Shown here one piece after another: positions 1 through 9,858 of a DNA stretch of 64,000 nt. The stretch spans positions 1,216,001 through 1,280,000 of the forward strand of contig OY970296.1 of the NCBI GenBank assembly GCA_963716175.1. Reading direction: 5' to 3'. Under the pieces are notes generated by a model. That model was not told the DNA's origin, did not search any database, and saw only the letters and a list, made by a program, of their open reading frames with translations. Both the position numbers and the translations under genes were made by a program. The DNA comes from an uncultured Armatimonadetes bacterium. GTDB lineage: Bacteria > Armatimonadota > Hebobacteria > Hebobacterales > Hebobacteraceae. Within the stretch, counting starts at the first letter, position 1. Each line of letters starts with the position of its first letter.

Positions 1-1
1 G

Positions 2-955
2 GCGCCGATCTTCACCAAGATCGCGGCCCAGGTGAATGGGGAGCCGTGCTGCGCCTACATCGGGCCGGATGGCGCGGGGCACTATGTGAAGATGGTGCAC
101 AATGGGATCGAGTACGGGGACATGCAGCTCATCTCCGAGGCCTACTACATTATGGCCAACGCGCTCGGGATGGGTGCGAAGGAGCTGCACCGGGTGTTCG
201 GCAAGTGGGACCAGGGGCCGCTGAATTCCTACCTGATCGAGATCACCCGGGACATCTTCGCGCGCATTGATGAAGAGACCGGGCAGCCACTGGTGGAGAT
301 GATCCTGGACCAGGCCGGGCAGAAGGGCACGGGAAAATGGGCCTCGCAGAACGCGCTCGATCTGGGGGTGTCCGTGCCGACCATCACGGAGGCCGTATTC
401 GCCCGCTGCATCTCGGCGATCAAGGCGGAGCGGGCGGCCGCCGCCAAAGTCCTGACCGGGCCGGAGCCCAGGTACAAGAAGGGCAAGAACAGCTTCATCG
501 AGGCCATCCGGCAGGCGCTCTATGCCTCCAAGATCTGCTCCTACGCGCAGGGGTTCGCGCTGATGCGGGAGGCGGGCAAGGAGTACGGCTGGAAGCTGAA
601 CTTCGGGGAGCTGGCGAAGATCTGGCGGGGCGGCTGTATCATCCGCGCCCAGTTCCTGCACCGCATCACGGAGGCCTATCAGCGCGACCCGGAGCTGGCA
701 AACCTGATGCTGGACCCGTTCTTCAAGGAGGTGCTGGAGAGCAGCCAGGAGCAGTGGCGGCACGTGGTCGCTACCGCCAGCACGTTGGGGCTTCCCATCC
801 CCGCGTTCAGCACGGCGCTGGCCTACTACGATTCCTATCGCCGCGAGCGGCTGCCGGCGAACCTGATCCAGGCGCAGCGGGATTACTTCGGCGCGCACAC
901 CTACCAGCGAGTGGACAAGCCGGGCACGTTCCACACGGAGTGGACGAAGGCCTGA
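2..955 (+). CDS. gnd: NADP-dependent 6-phosphogluconate dehydrogenase (5' part outside window)
   Basis: Motifs [37 protein letters not shown] and [14 protein letters not shown]; the frame is open to the window edge. Confidence 0.97.
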   Translation, partial: APIFTKIAAQVNGEPCCAYIGPDGAGHYVKMVHNGIEYGDMQLISEAYYIMANALGMGAKELHRVFGKWDQGPLNSYLIEITRDIFARIDEETGQPLVEMILDQAGQKGTGKWASQNALDLGVSVPTITEAVFARCISAIKAERAAAAKVLTGPEPRYKKGKNSFIEAIRQALYASKICSYAQGFALMREAGKEYGWKLNFGELAKIWRGGCIIRAQFLHRITEAYQRDPELANLMLDPFFKEVLESSQEQWRHVVATASTLGLPIPAFSTALAYYDSYRRERLPANLIQAQRDYFGAHTYQRVDKPGTFHTEWTKA

Positions 956-1042
956 ACGGCGGGCATGCCCTTCGGCTCCGCCCGGTATGAACGGGCCTGG
1001 GAGGGGTAAACGCCGATATGCGCGCCCTACGGACCAACGTTC

Positions 1043-1855
1043 ATGAGCGCAGACCAGGCGCATATCTTCCCGCTCAAGAGAGCGACCATGACCAATACCG
1101 TCGAGAATTTCCTGTACCGCAATCCGCAGTTCTACGAGATCGTCTATCCGGAGCCGGATGCCCAAACGCCGCGGATGTGTCGGCGGATGTTCGAGCGCTT
1201 CTTGCCGCAGCCGCCGCGCTCGATTCTGGACATCGGCTGCGGCACAGCGCGGGACCTGGATGTGCTGTCCGGGACCTGTGCGGACTGCTGGGGCGTGGAC
1301 TACCTGCAGACAATGATCGAGTATGCCCGGGCGCAGCGCCCGCACCTGACTTTGCGGGTGGGCGACATGCGCAGCGTGCGGCTGGGACGCACGTTCGATG
1401 CGATCCTATGCATGGGGTCGGCCTTCACGTATGCGTTGACTGATGCCGACATCGAGGATACGCTCGAGACATTCGCCGCCCACGCGCATCCGGGCACGCT
1501 GCTCATCCTTGATCTCAACAACGCTGCCGGTTACCTCGCGGATGGGTGCTTCGCGCCCACGATCGAATTCCGTGTCCAAGCGTCCGGGTTTAGCGCGGTG
1601 GCGTACGCGACAAACACCCTTGATCGCCGCCGGCAGCGACTTACCCGTCGGCGGAAGTGGACGATTGAAGGCCGGGATGAGGTGAACGACTACTGCGAAT
1701 ACCGGTTATTCTTCCCTGCCGAGTTGGAGCATCTGCTTTGTGCGAAGCATTTCCAGATCAGAGGCATGTTCGACAACATGGAACTCAAGGAGACCGATCT
1801 CGCCGGCCCTCGGCTGTACGTTGCCGCGAGCCTGATGCCAGGCGGGAGAATGTGA
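1043..1855 (+). CDS. Class I SAM-dependent methyltransferase (start may be ATG 1088)
   Basis: ILDIGCGTA motif I, GVDY, VGDMR, FDAILC; more T-ending codons than neighbours. Confidence 0.88.
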   Translation: MSADQAHIFPLKRATMTNTVENFLYRNPQFYEIVYPEPDAQTPRMCRRMFERFLPQPPRSILDIGCGTARDLDVLSGTCADCWGVDYLQTMIEYARAQRPHLTLRVGDMRSVRLGRTFDAILCMGSAFTYALTDADIEDTLETFAAHAHPGTLLILDLNNAAGYLADGCFAPTIEFRVQASGFSAVAYATNTLDRRRQRLTRRRKWTIEGRDEVNDYCEYRLFFPAELEHLLCAKHFQIRGMFDNMELKETDLAGPRLYVAASLMPGGRM

Positions 1856-2002
1856 CATCGGCCCGTGGGGCAGACGCGTGCTCGCCCTGAGCGCAGTCGA
1901 AGGGCCTCCTGCCGGAGTCTTGCGGCGGGGATGCCCTTGGCATGCCCGCCCTACAGAACGGTAACCGGCCGGCGGGTAGATCGCGGTCCTGGAGTCTGGT
2001 GA

Positions 2003-3295
2003 ATGGATGTGCTGAAGGAGATTAAAGGGCTCGGGCACGAGCACCGGCTAATGGTGGACACGGAGATTGACCGCACTCTCCGGCGGGCGCTGGAGGGGCT
2101 CTACCTCACCGGCCGGCGGGTGCTGGTGATCATCCCGGACCACACCCGCACCGCGCCCATCGGGCGCGTCTTCCGGGTGATCTATGAGGTGATGGCCGAG
2201 CGCGTGAGGAAGCTCGACTATCTGATCGCGCTGGGCACCCATCCGCCGCTGCCCCAGGAGATGATCTACCGGCGGGTGGGGATCACGCCCGACGAGCACC
2301 AGAAGCAGTTTCGGAAGGTGGAGTTCTTCAACCATCAGTGGAAGGACCCGCAGGCGCTGGTGGAAATCGGGCGGCTGACCAAGGGCGAGGTGGGCGAGAT
2401 CACCGAGGGCCGCTTCGAGCTGGAGGTGGGGATCACGATCAACCGCATGGCCTTGGACTACGACCTGCTGCTGATCGTGGGGCCGGTGTTCCCGCACGAG
2501 GTGGTGGGCTTTTCCGGCGGCAACAAGTATCTCGTCCCCGGTATCGCGGGCCAGCACATCATTGACTTCTTCCACTGGCTGGGGGCGGTGATCACCAACC
2601 CGGTGATCAACGGGAGGAAATGGACGCCGGTGCGGACCGTGGTGGACCGGGCGGCGGCGATGGTGAAGACGCAGAAGCACTGCATCGCACTGGTAATGAG
2701 GGAAGAGGGGCTGGCCGGGATCTACTTCGGGACCCCGGAGGAGGCCTGGTCCCAGGCGGCCGACCTCTCGCGCAAGGTGCACATCGTCTACCAGGACCGG
2801 CCCTTCCACACCGTGCTCTCCCAGGCGCCGGAGATGTACGATGACCTGTGGACCGCGGGCAAGTGCATGTATAAGCTGGAGCCGGTGGTGGCCGACGGCG
2901 GGACGCTGATCATCTATGCGCCGCACGTGAAGGAAGTCTCGGTGACGCACGGCCATATCATCCAGGAAGTCGGCTACCACACCAGAGATTACTTCCTCAA
3001 GCAATGGGACAAGTTCAGTCATTACCCCTGGGGGGTGCTGGCCCACTGCACCCATGTCAAGGGCATCGGCAGCTACGAGGACGGGGTGGAGAAGCCGCGG
3101 GTGAACGTGGTGCTGGCCACCGGCATCCGCCAGGAGATCTGCGAGCACATGAACCTGGGGTACATGAACCCGCGCACCATCCGGCCGGAGGACTACGCCA
3201 ACCGGGAGGGCGAGGGCGTCCTCTATGTGCCCAAGGCCGGGGAGACATTGTACCGGCTGAAGAACGCTCCGCCGGAGCTGGGCGGGCGCAGTTGA
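2003..3295 (+). CDS. LarA-superfamily (lactate racemase domain) nickel-pincer epimerase
   Basis: IPDHTRT, ALGTH, FPHEVVGFSGGNKYLVPG and FFHW motifs typical of LarA/DUF2088. Confidence 0.88.
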   Translation: MDVLKEIKGLGHEHRLMVDTEIDRTLRRALEGLYLTGRRVLVIIPDHTRTAPIGRVFRVIYEVMAERVRKLDYLIALGTHPPLPQEMIYRRVGITPDEHQKQFRKVEFFNHQWKDPQALVEIGRLTKGEVGEITEGRFELEVGITINRMALDYDLLLIVGPVFPHEVVGFSGGNKYLVPGIAGQHIIDFFHWLGAVITNPVINGRKWTPVRTVVDRAAAMVKTQKHCIALVMREEGLAGIYFGTPEEAWSQAADLSRKVHIVYQDRPFHTVLSQAPEMYDDLWTAGKCMYKLEPVVADGGTLIIYAPHVKEVSVTHGHIIQEVGYHTRDYFLKQWDKFSHYPWGVLAHCTHVKGIGSYEDGVEKPRVNVVLATGIRQEICEHMNLGYMNPRTIRPEDYANREGEGVLYVPKAGETLYRLKNAPPELGGRS

Positions 3296-3317
3296 AGCAG
3301 GCAGAGGGGGCCGTTCT

Positions 3318-3368
3318 GTAGGGCGGGCATAGCCATGCCCGCCGGGGCAGGTCCGCGACCTGCCCTAC
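3318..3368. repeat. GTAG-type REP doublet (REPIN-like)
   Basis: GTAGGGCGGGCATAGCCATGCCCGCC-GGGGCAGGTCCGCGACCTGCCCTAC; related doublets at 8573 and 33487. Confidence 0.85.
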
Positions 3369-3394
3369 GGGATACCATTCCGGAAAAGTGAGGA

Positions 3395-4972
3395 ATGCCC
3401 TTGACGCTACCGGCTTTGCTCAAAGCTGCTCAGGTCACTCCATTGCTCACGGATCCACAGCTCCCGCGCGAGCTGAGCGCGGCGACGAACTGGGAGGCCT
3501 ATCCCAACTCGATCGTCGCGGCCGCCGGTGTGGTCTATTTCCTGGGCCGGCGGGGGCGAGACAAGCGGGTGTGCCTGCTGTGGGAAGAGGGTGCCTCGCC
3601 GGCCGCGGTGCCGGATTTCTGCGGAGAAGTAGGAGAGTCCCTCAGCGGGCCCCCGGCTGGCCTGCGTCTCCGTCTGCTCGCCGGCCGCCTCGACCATCAG
3701 AACGCGGAGGCGCTGCGCAAGCATCTGCCGTTTACCGCGCCTGAGTTGTTTGGGGTGCAGGCCGCGATCGGGACGGGAGATCGCCTGGGACTGGCGACGC
3801 AGGCCCATGTGCGCGCGGTGCGCGGCAGCGGGCTGCGGCCGTTCTTCGCACAGCAGTCCATCCGGGAGATGACACGGACGGGCCGGACGCCGGAGGAGGT
3901 GATGGACACCGCCACCTTCGGCGTGTTCCAGGAGGGATGGCGGGAGGGGTTCGGCGCGGACGCGGATCACCTGAAGGAGACGAAGGACATCGACGCCTGC
4001 GTGGCTGCGGGCTTCACCATGTTCACCATTGACCCCGGCGACCACGTGGATGACGGGGCCGAGACAGATGATGTCGAGGTTCTGCGGCGGAAGTTCCAGG
4101 CGCTTCCCTGGTCCGAGCTGGAGGCCACGCCAGGTCTGCTGGGCCGCACCTTCGCGGACGCGGTGGAGCTGCCGGACGGCTCGGTGGTGAGGTTCGACGA
4201 GTGGACGCTGCTGCGGGCGGCAGTCAAGTACGGGCGGGCGCTGGCCCACACCGCGATGATGTATCGGCACCTGGCGGACAAGATGAGCGGGCGGCCCTTC
4301 GAGCTGGAGATGTCGGTGGACGAGACCGCTACCCCCACCTCGGTCGCCGAGCATGTGTTCGTGGCGCGGGAGCTGAAGCGGCTCGGGGTGAAGTGGGTGA
4401 GCCTGGCGCCGCGGTTTGTGGGGGAGTTCGAGAAGGGTGTGGACTACATCGGGGACCTGGGTGAGTTCGAGCGCAGCTTCGCCGGGCACGTAGCGGTCGC
4501 CCAGCATTTCGGGCCCTACAAGATCAGCATTCACTCGGGCAGCGACAAGTTCTCTATCTACCCCATCGCCGCGCGCCTGGCCGGGAACCTGGTGCACCTG
4601 AAGACCGCGGGCACCAGCTACCTGGAGGCCTTGCGGGCGATCGCCAAGATTGATCCGAGGCTGTTCCGCGAGATCTTCGGGTTCGCGATCGAGCGTTATC
4701 CCACCGACCGCGCTTCCTACCACGTCTCGGCCGACCTGACGAAGGTACCGGCGCCGGAGAGCGTGAAGGACGCGGAGCTGGCGGAGGTGCTCGACCAGTT
4801 CGACGCGCGCGAGGTGCTGCACGTGACGTTCGGATCGGTGCTAACGGCGCGGGCAGATGGAGGGCCGCGCTTCCGCGATCGTCTGATGAAGGCGCTGGAG
4901 GAGAATGAGGAGGTCCATTACGAGACGGTCCGCGCGCATATCGAGCGCCACGTGAGGCCGTTTGCGCGCTAA
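3395..4972 (+). CDS. uxaE: Tagaturonate/fructuronate epimerase
   Basis: GTGDRLGLAT, AQQSIREMTRTGR, GADADHLK, EMSVDET, SLAPRFVGEFEKGVDY, SIHSGSDKFSIY, HLKTAGTSYLEALR. Confidence 0.92.
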   Translation: MPLTLPALLKAAQVTPLLTDPQLPRELSAATNWEAYPNSIVAAAGVVYFLGRRGRDKRVCLLWEEGASPAAVPDFCGEVGESLSGPPAGLRLRLLAGRLDHQNAEALRKHLPFTAPELFGVQAAIGTGDRLGLATQAHVRAVRGSGLRPFFAQQSIREMTRTGRTPEEVMDTATFGVFQEGWREGFGADADHLKETKDIDACVAAGFTMFTIDPGDHVDDGAETDDVEVLRRKFQALPWSELEATPGLLGRTFADAVELPDGSVVRFDEWTLLRAAVKYGRALAHTAMMYRHLADKMSGRPFELEMSVDETATPTSVAEHVFVARELKRLGVKWVSLAPRFVGEFEKGVDYIGDLGEFERSFAGHVAVAQHFGPYKISIHSGSDKFSIYPIAARLAGNLVHLKTAGTSYLEALRAIAKIDPRLFREIFGFAIERYPTDRASYHVSADLTKVPAPESVKDAELAEVLDQFDAREVLHVTFGSVLTARADGGPRFRDRLMKALEENEEVHYETVRAHIERHVRPFAR

Positions 4973-5079
4973 CGTGGGGGCGTGATTCATCACGCCCAGG
5001 GCGCGATGAACTGCGCCCCGGCGAAGCCGCCAGGCGGGGTCAGGAGACCCCGCCCTACAGAACCGAGGAGAGAGGCAAT

Positions 5080-5967
5080 ATGACTGACCCGCAGGCCCCC
5101 TTGAGGAAGTTCAAGCCAAAGCGCGATTTCCTGGTGGGGATAGACTCGGATGGCTGCGCCTTCGACACCATGGAGATCAAGCACAAGGAATGCTTCATCC
5201 CCAATATCATCAAGCATTGGGATCTGCAGGCGGTGTCGAAGTACGCCCGGGAGGCGGGCGAGTTCGTGAATCTCTACTCGAAGTGGCGCGGGATCAACCG
5301 CTGGCCGGCCTTGCTGATGGTGTTCGACCTGCTGGCCGAGCGGCCGGAGGTGCAGCGCCGCGGGGTGAAGACGCCGGAGGTGTTATCCTTGCGGGAATGG
5401 GTGAAGACGGAGAAGGCGCTGGCGAATCCGGCCCTGAAGGTGGCAGCCGAGAAGACCGGCGATCCCATACTCAGGAAGGCGCTCGCCTGGAGCGAGGCGG
5501 TGAATGCCAGCATCGCGGACATGGTGCACGACGTGCCGCCATTCCCATTCGTATGCGAGACCCTGCAGGCGCTGGAGCCGAAGGCGGATGTGATCGTGGT
5601 GTCGGCCACACCGGGGGAGGCCTTGCGGCGGGAGTGGGCAGAGCACGACATCGCCAGGTACTGCGCCATCATCGCGGGCCAGGAGATGGGCAGCAAGAAG
5701 GATCACCTGGAGCTGGCAGCCGGAGAGAAGTACCCGAAGGATAACGTGCTGATGATCGGCGATGCGCCCGGTGACCTGAGCGCGGCCCGCGCCAATGGCG
5801 CGCTCTTCTTCCCCATCGAGCCGGGGCAAGAGGAGAAGTCGTGGCAGCGGTTCTACGAGGAGGGGATGGCGCGCTTCTTCGCCGGCACCTACGCCGGAGA
5901 GTATGAGGCAAACCTGATCCGGGAATTCGAGGCCCTGCTGCCAGATCGGCCGCCGTGGAGGCGGTAG
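5080..5967 (+). CDS. HAD-family hydrolase
   Basis: GIDSDGCAFDTM (DxDG), VVSAT, LMIGDAPGD; SD-like GAGG upstream. Confidence 0.88.
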   Translation: MTDPQAPLRKFKPKRDFLVGIDSDGCAFDTMEIKHKECFIPNIIKHWDLQAVSKYAREAGEFVNLYSKWRGINRWPALLMVFDLLAERPEVQRRGVKTPEVLSLREWVKTEKALANPALKVAAEKTGDPILRKALAWSEAVNASIADMVHDVPPFPFVCETLQALEPKADVIVVSATPGEALRREWAEHDIARYCAIIAGQEMGSKKDHLELAAGEKYPKDNVLMIGDAPGDLSAARANGALFFPIEPGQEEKSWQRFYEEGMARFFAGTYAGEYEANLIREFEALLPDRPPWRR

Positions 5968-6026
5968 GCTCGATCCACCGGAGAGGGGGAACACAGGATG
6001 GCGGCCGAGCGATCAGTCTTTCTGGT

Positions 6027-6097
6027 CTTTCGGGATTTTCAATCCCGAAAGCTTTGCGTGCCCGGGACCACCGTTTCGGGATTGGAAATCCCGAAAC
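6027..6097. repeat. Two copies of palindrome (G)TTTCGGGA-N-TCCCGAAA(C) between convergent genes; possible bidirectional terminator
   Basis: Copies at 6027-6051 and 6073-6097; further copies at 26158, 27989 and 53713. Confidence 0.8.
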
Positions 6098-6128
6098 ACC
6101 GGCAAGGGTGAACTCCGACAGGCGCGCT

Positions 6129-7256
6129 CTACAAGCCTCGCGGTTGGGCAGGGCCCGCGGCCTGCTGCAAGGATGCGAGCTGGGCGCGGGAGCCCATGGC
6201 GATCACCTGATCGCCTGAGCTGAGGGTGGTGTCCGGTCGCGGGTTGGTGCGGAACTGCCCCCGCGCGTCCACGATGGCCAGGATCATCGCTCCGCCCTCG
6301 TGAGTGAGCCCGGAGGCGGAGAGGGCCTTGCCGATGGCGGGGGAATCGGGCGCGATGGGGATGGAGCCGATTTCCACATCCAGGTCTTGGCGGTGGAGCA
6401 CCTGCTCCAGGAAGTCCGTCACTCCCGGCTCGGCCGCGGCCGCGGCGAGGGCGCGCCCGCCGATCACATAGGGAGAGGCGACGCGATTGGCGCCCGCCCG
6501 CACCAGCTTGTCCACAGTCGCCTCCTGGCCGGCGCGGGCGACGATGTAGAGGTTGGGGTTGAGCAGCCGGGCGCTGAGCACGACAAACAGGTTGTCCTCA
6601 TCCGTGCCCACGGCCGCGATCAAGCCGCGGGCGCGCTCGATTCCTGCCGCCCGCAGGTGCTCGTCCTGCGTGGCGTTGCCCTCCACGAACGGCAGATCTC
6701 CCGCGCGCAGCAGGTCCAGCGCGGCCGGGTCCTGCTCGATCACGGCCGCCACCAGGCCCCGCCGGCGGAGCTGATCCACGGCCTCCCGGCCCATGCGGCC
6801 ATAGCCGCATACGATGTAGTGATTGCGCATCTCTCGCAAGGTTCGCGACCTCCGTCTGCGCTGCACTTCCGCGCTGAGCTGCTGACCCACCAACAGGCTG
6901 GCTGCGCTGCGGAGAGCAAAGGCCGCCACCGCGATGCCGGTGATGGCGAAGCCGGTGGTGAAGGCCCGCCCCAACTGGCTGAGCGGATGCACCTCCATGA
7001 AGCCGATGGTGGTGATGGTGAGCACCGCCATGTAGATGGCATCAACGGTGGTCCAGGCCGTGCCGCTTCGCCGGCTCTCCACGTTGACGTAGAAAGCGGC
7101 GGCGGCGATCACCAGGGACAGCAGCAGGCACACCGCGACCCAGAACTGGCGGGCCGAGCGGCTCAGGTCCTCCAGCGGGATCAGCCTGGTGCGCCATCCG
7201 TTGAGCTTGCCGGACACGTTCCCCTCGCTCACACTGGCAGCGGCCGGCATGGGCAT
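6129..7256 (-). CDS. Potassium channel protein (2TM pore + TrkA-N/RCK + TrkA-C); true start uncertain
   Basis: TITTIGF pore helix/filter, IVCGYGRMG Rossmann motif, C-terminal TrkA-C. Confidence 0.88.
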   Translation of the reverse strand: MPMPAAASVSEGNVSGKLNGWRTRLIPLEDLSRSARQFWVAVCLLLSLVIAAAAFYVNVESRRSGTAWTTVDAIYMAVLTITTIGFMEVHPLSQLGRAFTTGFAITGIAVAAFALRSAASLLVGQQLSAEVQRRRRSRTLREMRNHYIVCGYGRMGREAVDQLRRRGLVAAVIEQDPAALDLLRAGDLPFVEGNATQDEHLRAAGIERARGLIAAVGTDEDNLFVVLSARLLNPNLYIVARAGQEATVDKLVRAGANRVASPYVIGGRALAAAAAEPGVTDFLEQVLHRQDLDVEIGSIPIAPDSPAIGKALSASGLTHEGGAMILAIVDARGQFRTNPRPDTTLSSGDQVIAMGSRAQLASLQQAAGPAQPRGL

Positions 7257-7263
7257 GCCCGCC

Positions 7264-8514
7264 CTACAGCAGCGGCCGCAGGTCCACGCGGCGGCCCTGT
7301 TCCGCGCTCAGGTAGGCCGCATACAAGAGTATCGTCACATCCCGGGCCAACATGAAGCCCGAGATGGGCTCTCTTCCCTCGCTGATCGCGCCCACGAAGT
7401 CGGCGATCTCCTGCAGGTACCCCTGGTTCCAGTGCTCATCCGGGGAGGGGAAGGTCCAGCCGCCCTTGGTCTCGATCTTCTCGCTGATGTACTCCTCCCC
7501 AAGGATCTCGGGCGCGGGCGCATAGGCGACGCAGGCGTCGTTGGGGTTCATGTTGGCGCGGAGGCGGGCGTTGGAGAGGTAGGCCTCCAGGTAGTTGTGC
7601 ACCCCACCGAGAGTAGTGTCGCCGGCTTTCACCTCGGCCACCGAGCCATCCTCGAAAGTGAGCACCATGAGGCCCCAGTCCTCCACGTCCTGCCAGTCGT
7701 CCTTCAGGTAGTGGGTCGGCTCTTGCTTGAAGGCCTCGATGAAAGTGAGATTGCCGACCTCGCAGATGACGGAGGCGGGGCGGATGGGCCGGCCGAACTT
7801 GCGCTCGCCCTCCCACTGCTTGAGCTGAAGCACGGCCCCCAGGGGATGGGCGCCCTTCAGCACCAGCGAGCCGCCGCCGGACGTGCGCCAGCGCTTGGCA
7901 TAAATGGAGCCCGAGCCGGAGTGCGACTCCTCGGCCTCGATGCGCAGGATGGTCCCCCCGGCGGCATCGGCGAGGCGGCGCAGCTTCACAAAGGCCGGCG
8001 CGTAGACCCAGTTCTCGGCATAGCAGAAGCGGACGCCGGCAGCCCGGATGGCGGCGCCGATAGCCTCACAATCCGCGAGCACCTGATCCAGCATGTGCTG
8101 CCTGGAGGTGGTGCTGCCGATCAGGTCGTCCGTCAAGGCAGGCTGCGCACCTGCGGCGGCATGGGCAGGTCGCGGACCTGCCCTACGGGATTGGGGCTCG
8201 CCGAAGTACCCGGTGAGGTGTTTCTCGCAGATGATATGCTTGCCCGCGTGCGCGGCCTGGATGATGAACTCGGTGTGGAGGTGATTGGGGATGGAGAGGT
8301 CAACCGCGTCCAGCTCGACCGAGGCCAGCATCTGGTCCATGCTGGCGAAGGCCTGCGGGATGCCGTGCCTGGCGGCGAAGGCAGCGGCGCGCTCCTGGCT
8401 CCGGCCGCAGACGCCAACGACCCGGCAGCGATCCGGGCCCAGGCTCTGGTAGCCAGGCAGGTGCAGGTCGGCGGCGAAGCCGTACCCGACGAGACCGATG
8501 CGAAGCGTTGGCAT
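7264..8514 (-). CDS. Gfo/Idh/MocA oxidoreductase (paralog 1, with 18-aa repeat-derived insertion)
   Basis: IGLVGYGFAA, HIICEKH, GGGSLVLKGAHP; highly similar to 8623-9819. Confidence 0.9.
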   Translation of the reverse strand: MPTLRIGLVGYGFAADLHLPGYQSLGPDRCRVVGVCGRSQERAAAFAARHGIPQAFASMDQMLASVELDAVDLSIPNHLHTEFIIQAAHAGKHIICEKHLTGYFGEPQSRRAGPRPAHAAAGAQPALTDDLIGSTTSRQHMLDQVLADCEAIGAAIRAAGVRFCYAENWVYAPAFVKLRRLADAAGGTILRIEAEESHSGSGSIYAKRWRTSGGGSLVLKGAHPLGAVLQLKQWEGERKFGRPIRPASVICEVGNLTFIEAFKQEPTHYLKDDWQDVEDWGLMVLTFEDGSVAEVKAGDTTLGGVHNYLEAYLSNARLRANMNPNDACVAYAPAPEILGEEYISEKIETKGGWTFPSPDEHWNQGYLQEIADFVGAISEGREPISGFMLARDVTILLYAAYLSAEQGRRVDLRPLL

Positions 8515-8572
8515 CGCGCCTCCACTGGGCAGGAGGCAAGTCGCCAGAGGCGACTGAACCTCCTGCCCAACG

Positions 8573-8626
8573 GTAGGGCAGGTCCGCGACCTGCCCCGGC
8601 GGGCATGCCTTGCATGCCCGCCCTAC
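8573..8626. repeat. GTAG-type REP doublet overlapping the stop codon of 8623-9819
   Basis: GTAGGGCAGGTCCGCGACCTGCCCC-GGCGGGCATGCCTTGCATGCCCGCCCTAC. Confidence 0.85.
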
Positions 8627-9819
8627 AAGAGCGGCCGCAGGTCTACCCGGCGGCCTTCTTCGGCGCTGACGTAGGCCGCGTACAAGACGATGCTGACATC
8701 GCGCGCCAGCCTGGCGCCGGAGACGGGCTGGCGGTTCTCGGCTACAGCGGCGACGAAATCCGCGATCTCCTGCGGGTAGCCCTGATTCCAATCCTCGTCC
8801 GGGGAAGGCTGAGTCCAGCCGCCCTTGGTCTCGATTTTCTCCACGATGTACTCGTCGCCGAAGATGTGGGGCGCGGGCGCGTAGGCGACGCAGGCATCGG
8901 TGGGGTTGATGTTGGCGCGCAGGCGAGCGTTGGAGAGGTAGGCCTCGAGGTAGTTGTGGACGCCGCCCAGGGTGGTATCGCCGGCCTTCACCTCTGCCAC
9001 CGAGCCATCATCGAACTTGACCACGATGATGCCCCAATCCTCCACATCCCGCCACCCGGTGCGCAGGTACTGCTCCTTCTCCTGTTGGAAGGCGGGAATC
9101 CAGGTGAGGTGGCCCACCTCGCAGAAGACCGAGGCCGGGCGGATGGGCCGGCCGAACTTGGCCTCTCCCTCCCAGTGCTTCAGCTGCAGCGCCGCGCCCA
9201 ATGGGTGAGAGCCCTTCACCATCAGCGACCCGCCGCCGGAGGTGCGCCACTGCTTGGCGTAGTCCGCATGCGAGCCGGAGTGCGACTCCTCGGCCTCGAT
9301 GCGGAGGATGGTCCCGCCCGCGGCCTGGGCGAGGCGCCAGAGCTTGAGGTAGGAGGGCGCGTAGACCCAATTCTCGGCGTACCCGAACCTGATCCCGGAG
9401 GCTTTGAGCGCCGCCATCACTTGGTCGCAGCGGGCGATGGTGTGATCCAGCATCTGCTGGCGGGAGACCGTTTTCCCAATCAGCTCGTCCTTGGGACGGC
9501 CCTCGCCGAAGTAGCCGGTGAGCGGCTTTTCGCAGAACACGTGCTTTCCGGCCTGGGCGGCCTCGATGATGAAGGGGGCGTGGAGGTAGTTGGGCACGGC
9601 CAGGTCAACCGCGTCCACGTCGGGCCTGGCCAGCATCTCAGAGAAGCTCTCGCAAACCGAGGGGATGGCGTGCTTGGCCGCGAAGGTCTCGGCCTCAGAC
9701 CTGGGGACGCCGCACACCGCGACCACCTGGCAGCGCTCAGGGGCCAACTGCTTATAGCCGTGGATATGCAGGTTGGCGGAGAACCCGCAGCCTGCCATAC
9801 CGATGCGGACTGGTGGCAT
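8623..9819 (-). CDS. Gfo/Idh/MocA oxidoreductase (paralog 2)
   Basis: IGMAGCGFSA, HVFCEKPL, GGGSLMVKGSHP. Confidence 0.9.
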   Translation of the reverse strand: MPPVRIGMAGCGFSANLHIHGYKQLAPERCQVVAVCGVPRSEAETFAAKHAIPSVCESFSEMLARPDVDAVDLAVPNYLHAPFIIEAAQAGKHVFCEKPLTGYFGEGRPKDELIGKTVSRQQMLDHTIARCDQVMAALKASGIRFGYAENWVYAPSYLKLWRLAQAAGGTILRIEAEESHSGSHADYAKQWRTSGGGSLMVKGSHPLGAALQLKHWEGEAKFGRPIRPASVFCEVGHLTWIPAFQQEKEQYLRTGWRDVEDWGIIVVKFDDGSVAEVKAGDTTLGGVHNYLEAYLSNARLRANINPTDACVAYAPAPHIFGDEYIVEKIETKGGWTQPSPDEDWNQGYPQEIADFVAAVAENRQPVSGARLARDVSIVLYAAYVSAEEGRRVDLRPLL

Positions 9820-9858
9820 TAGCGCCAGACCTCCGTGGGGACAGGTTGCGGACCTGCC

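Noticed and set aside
6027-6097. Mini-CRISPR array (GTTTC...GAAAC repeats)
   Set aside because: Only two copies with a 21-nt gap and apparently inverted orientation; other copies are dispersed singly; no cas genes
7264-9819. Diversity-generating retroelement TR/VR pair
   Set aside because: Similarity spans whole paralogous genes with mostly synonymous changes; no reverse transcriptase and no adenine-specific pattern seen
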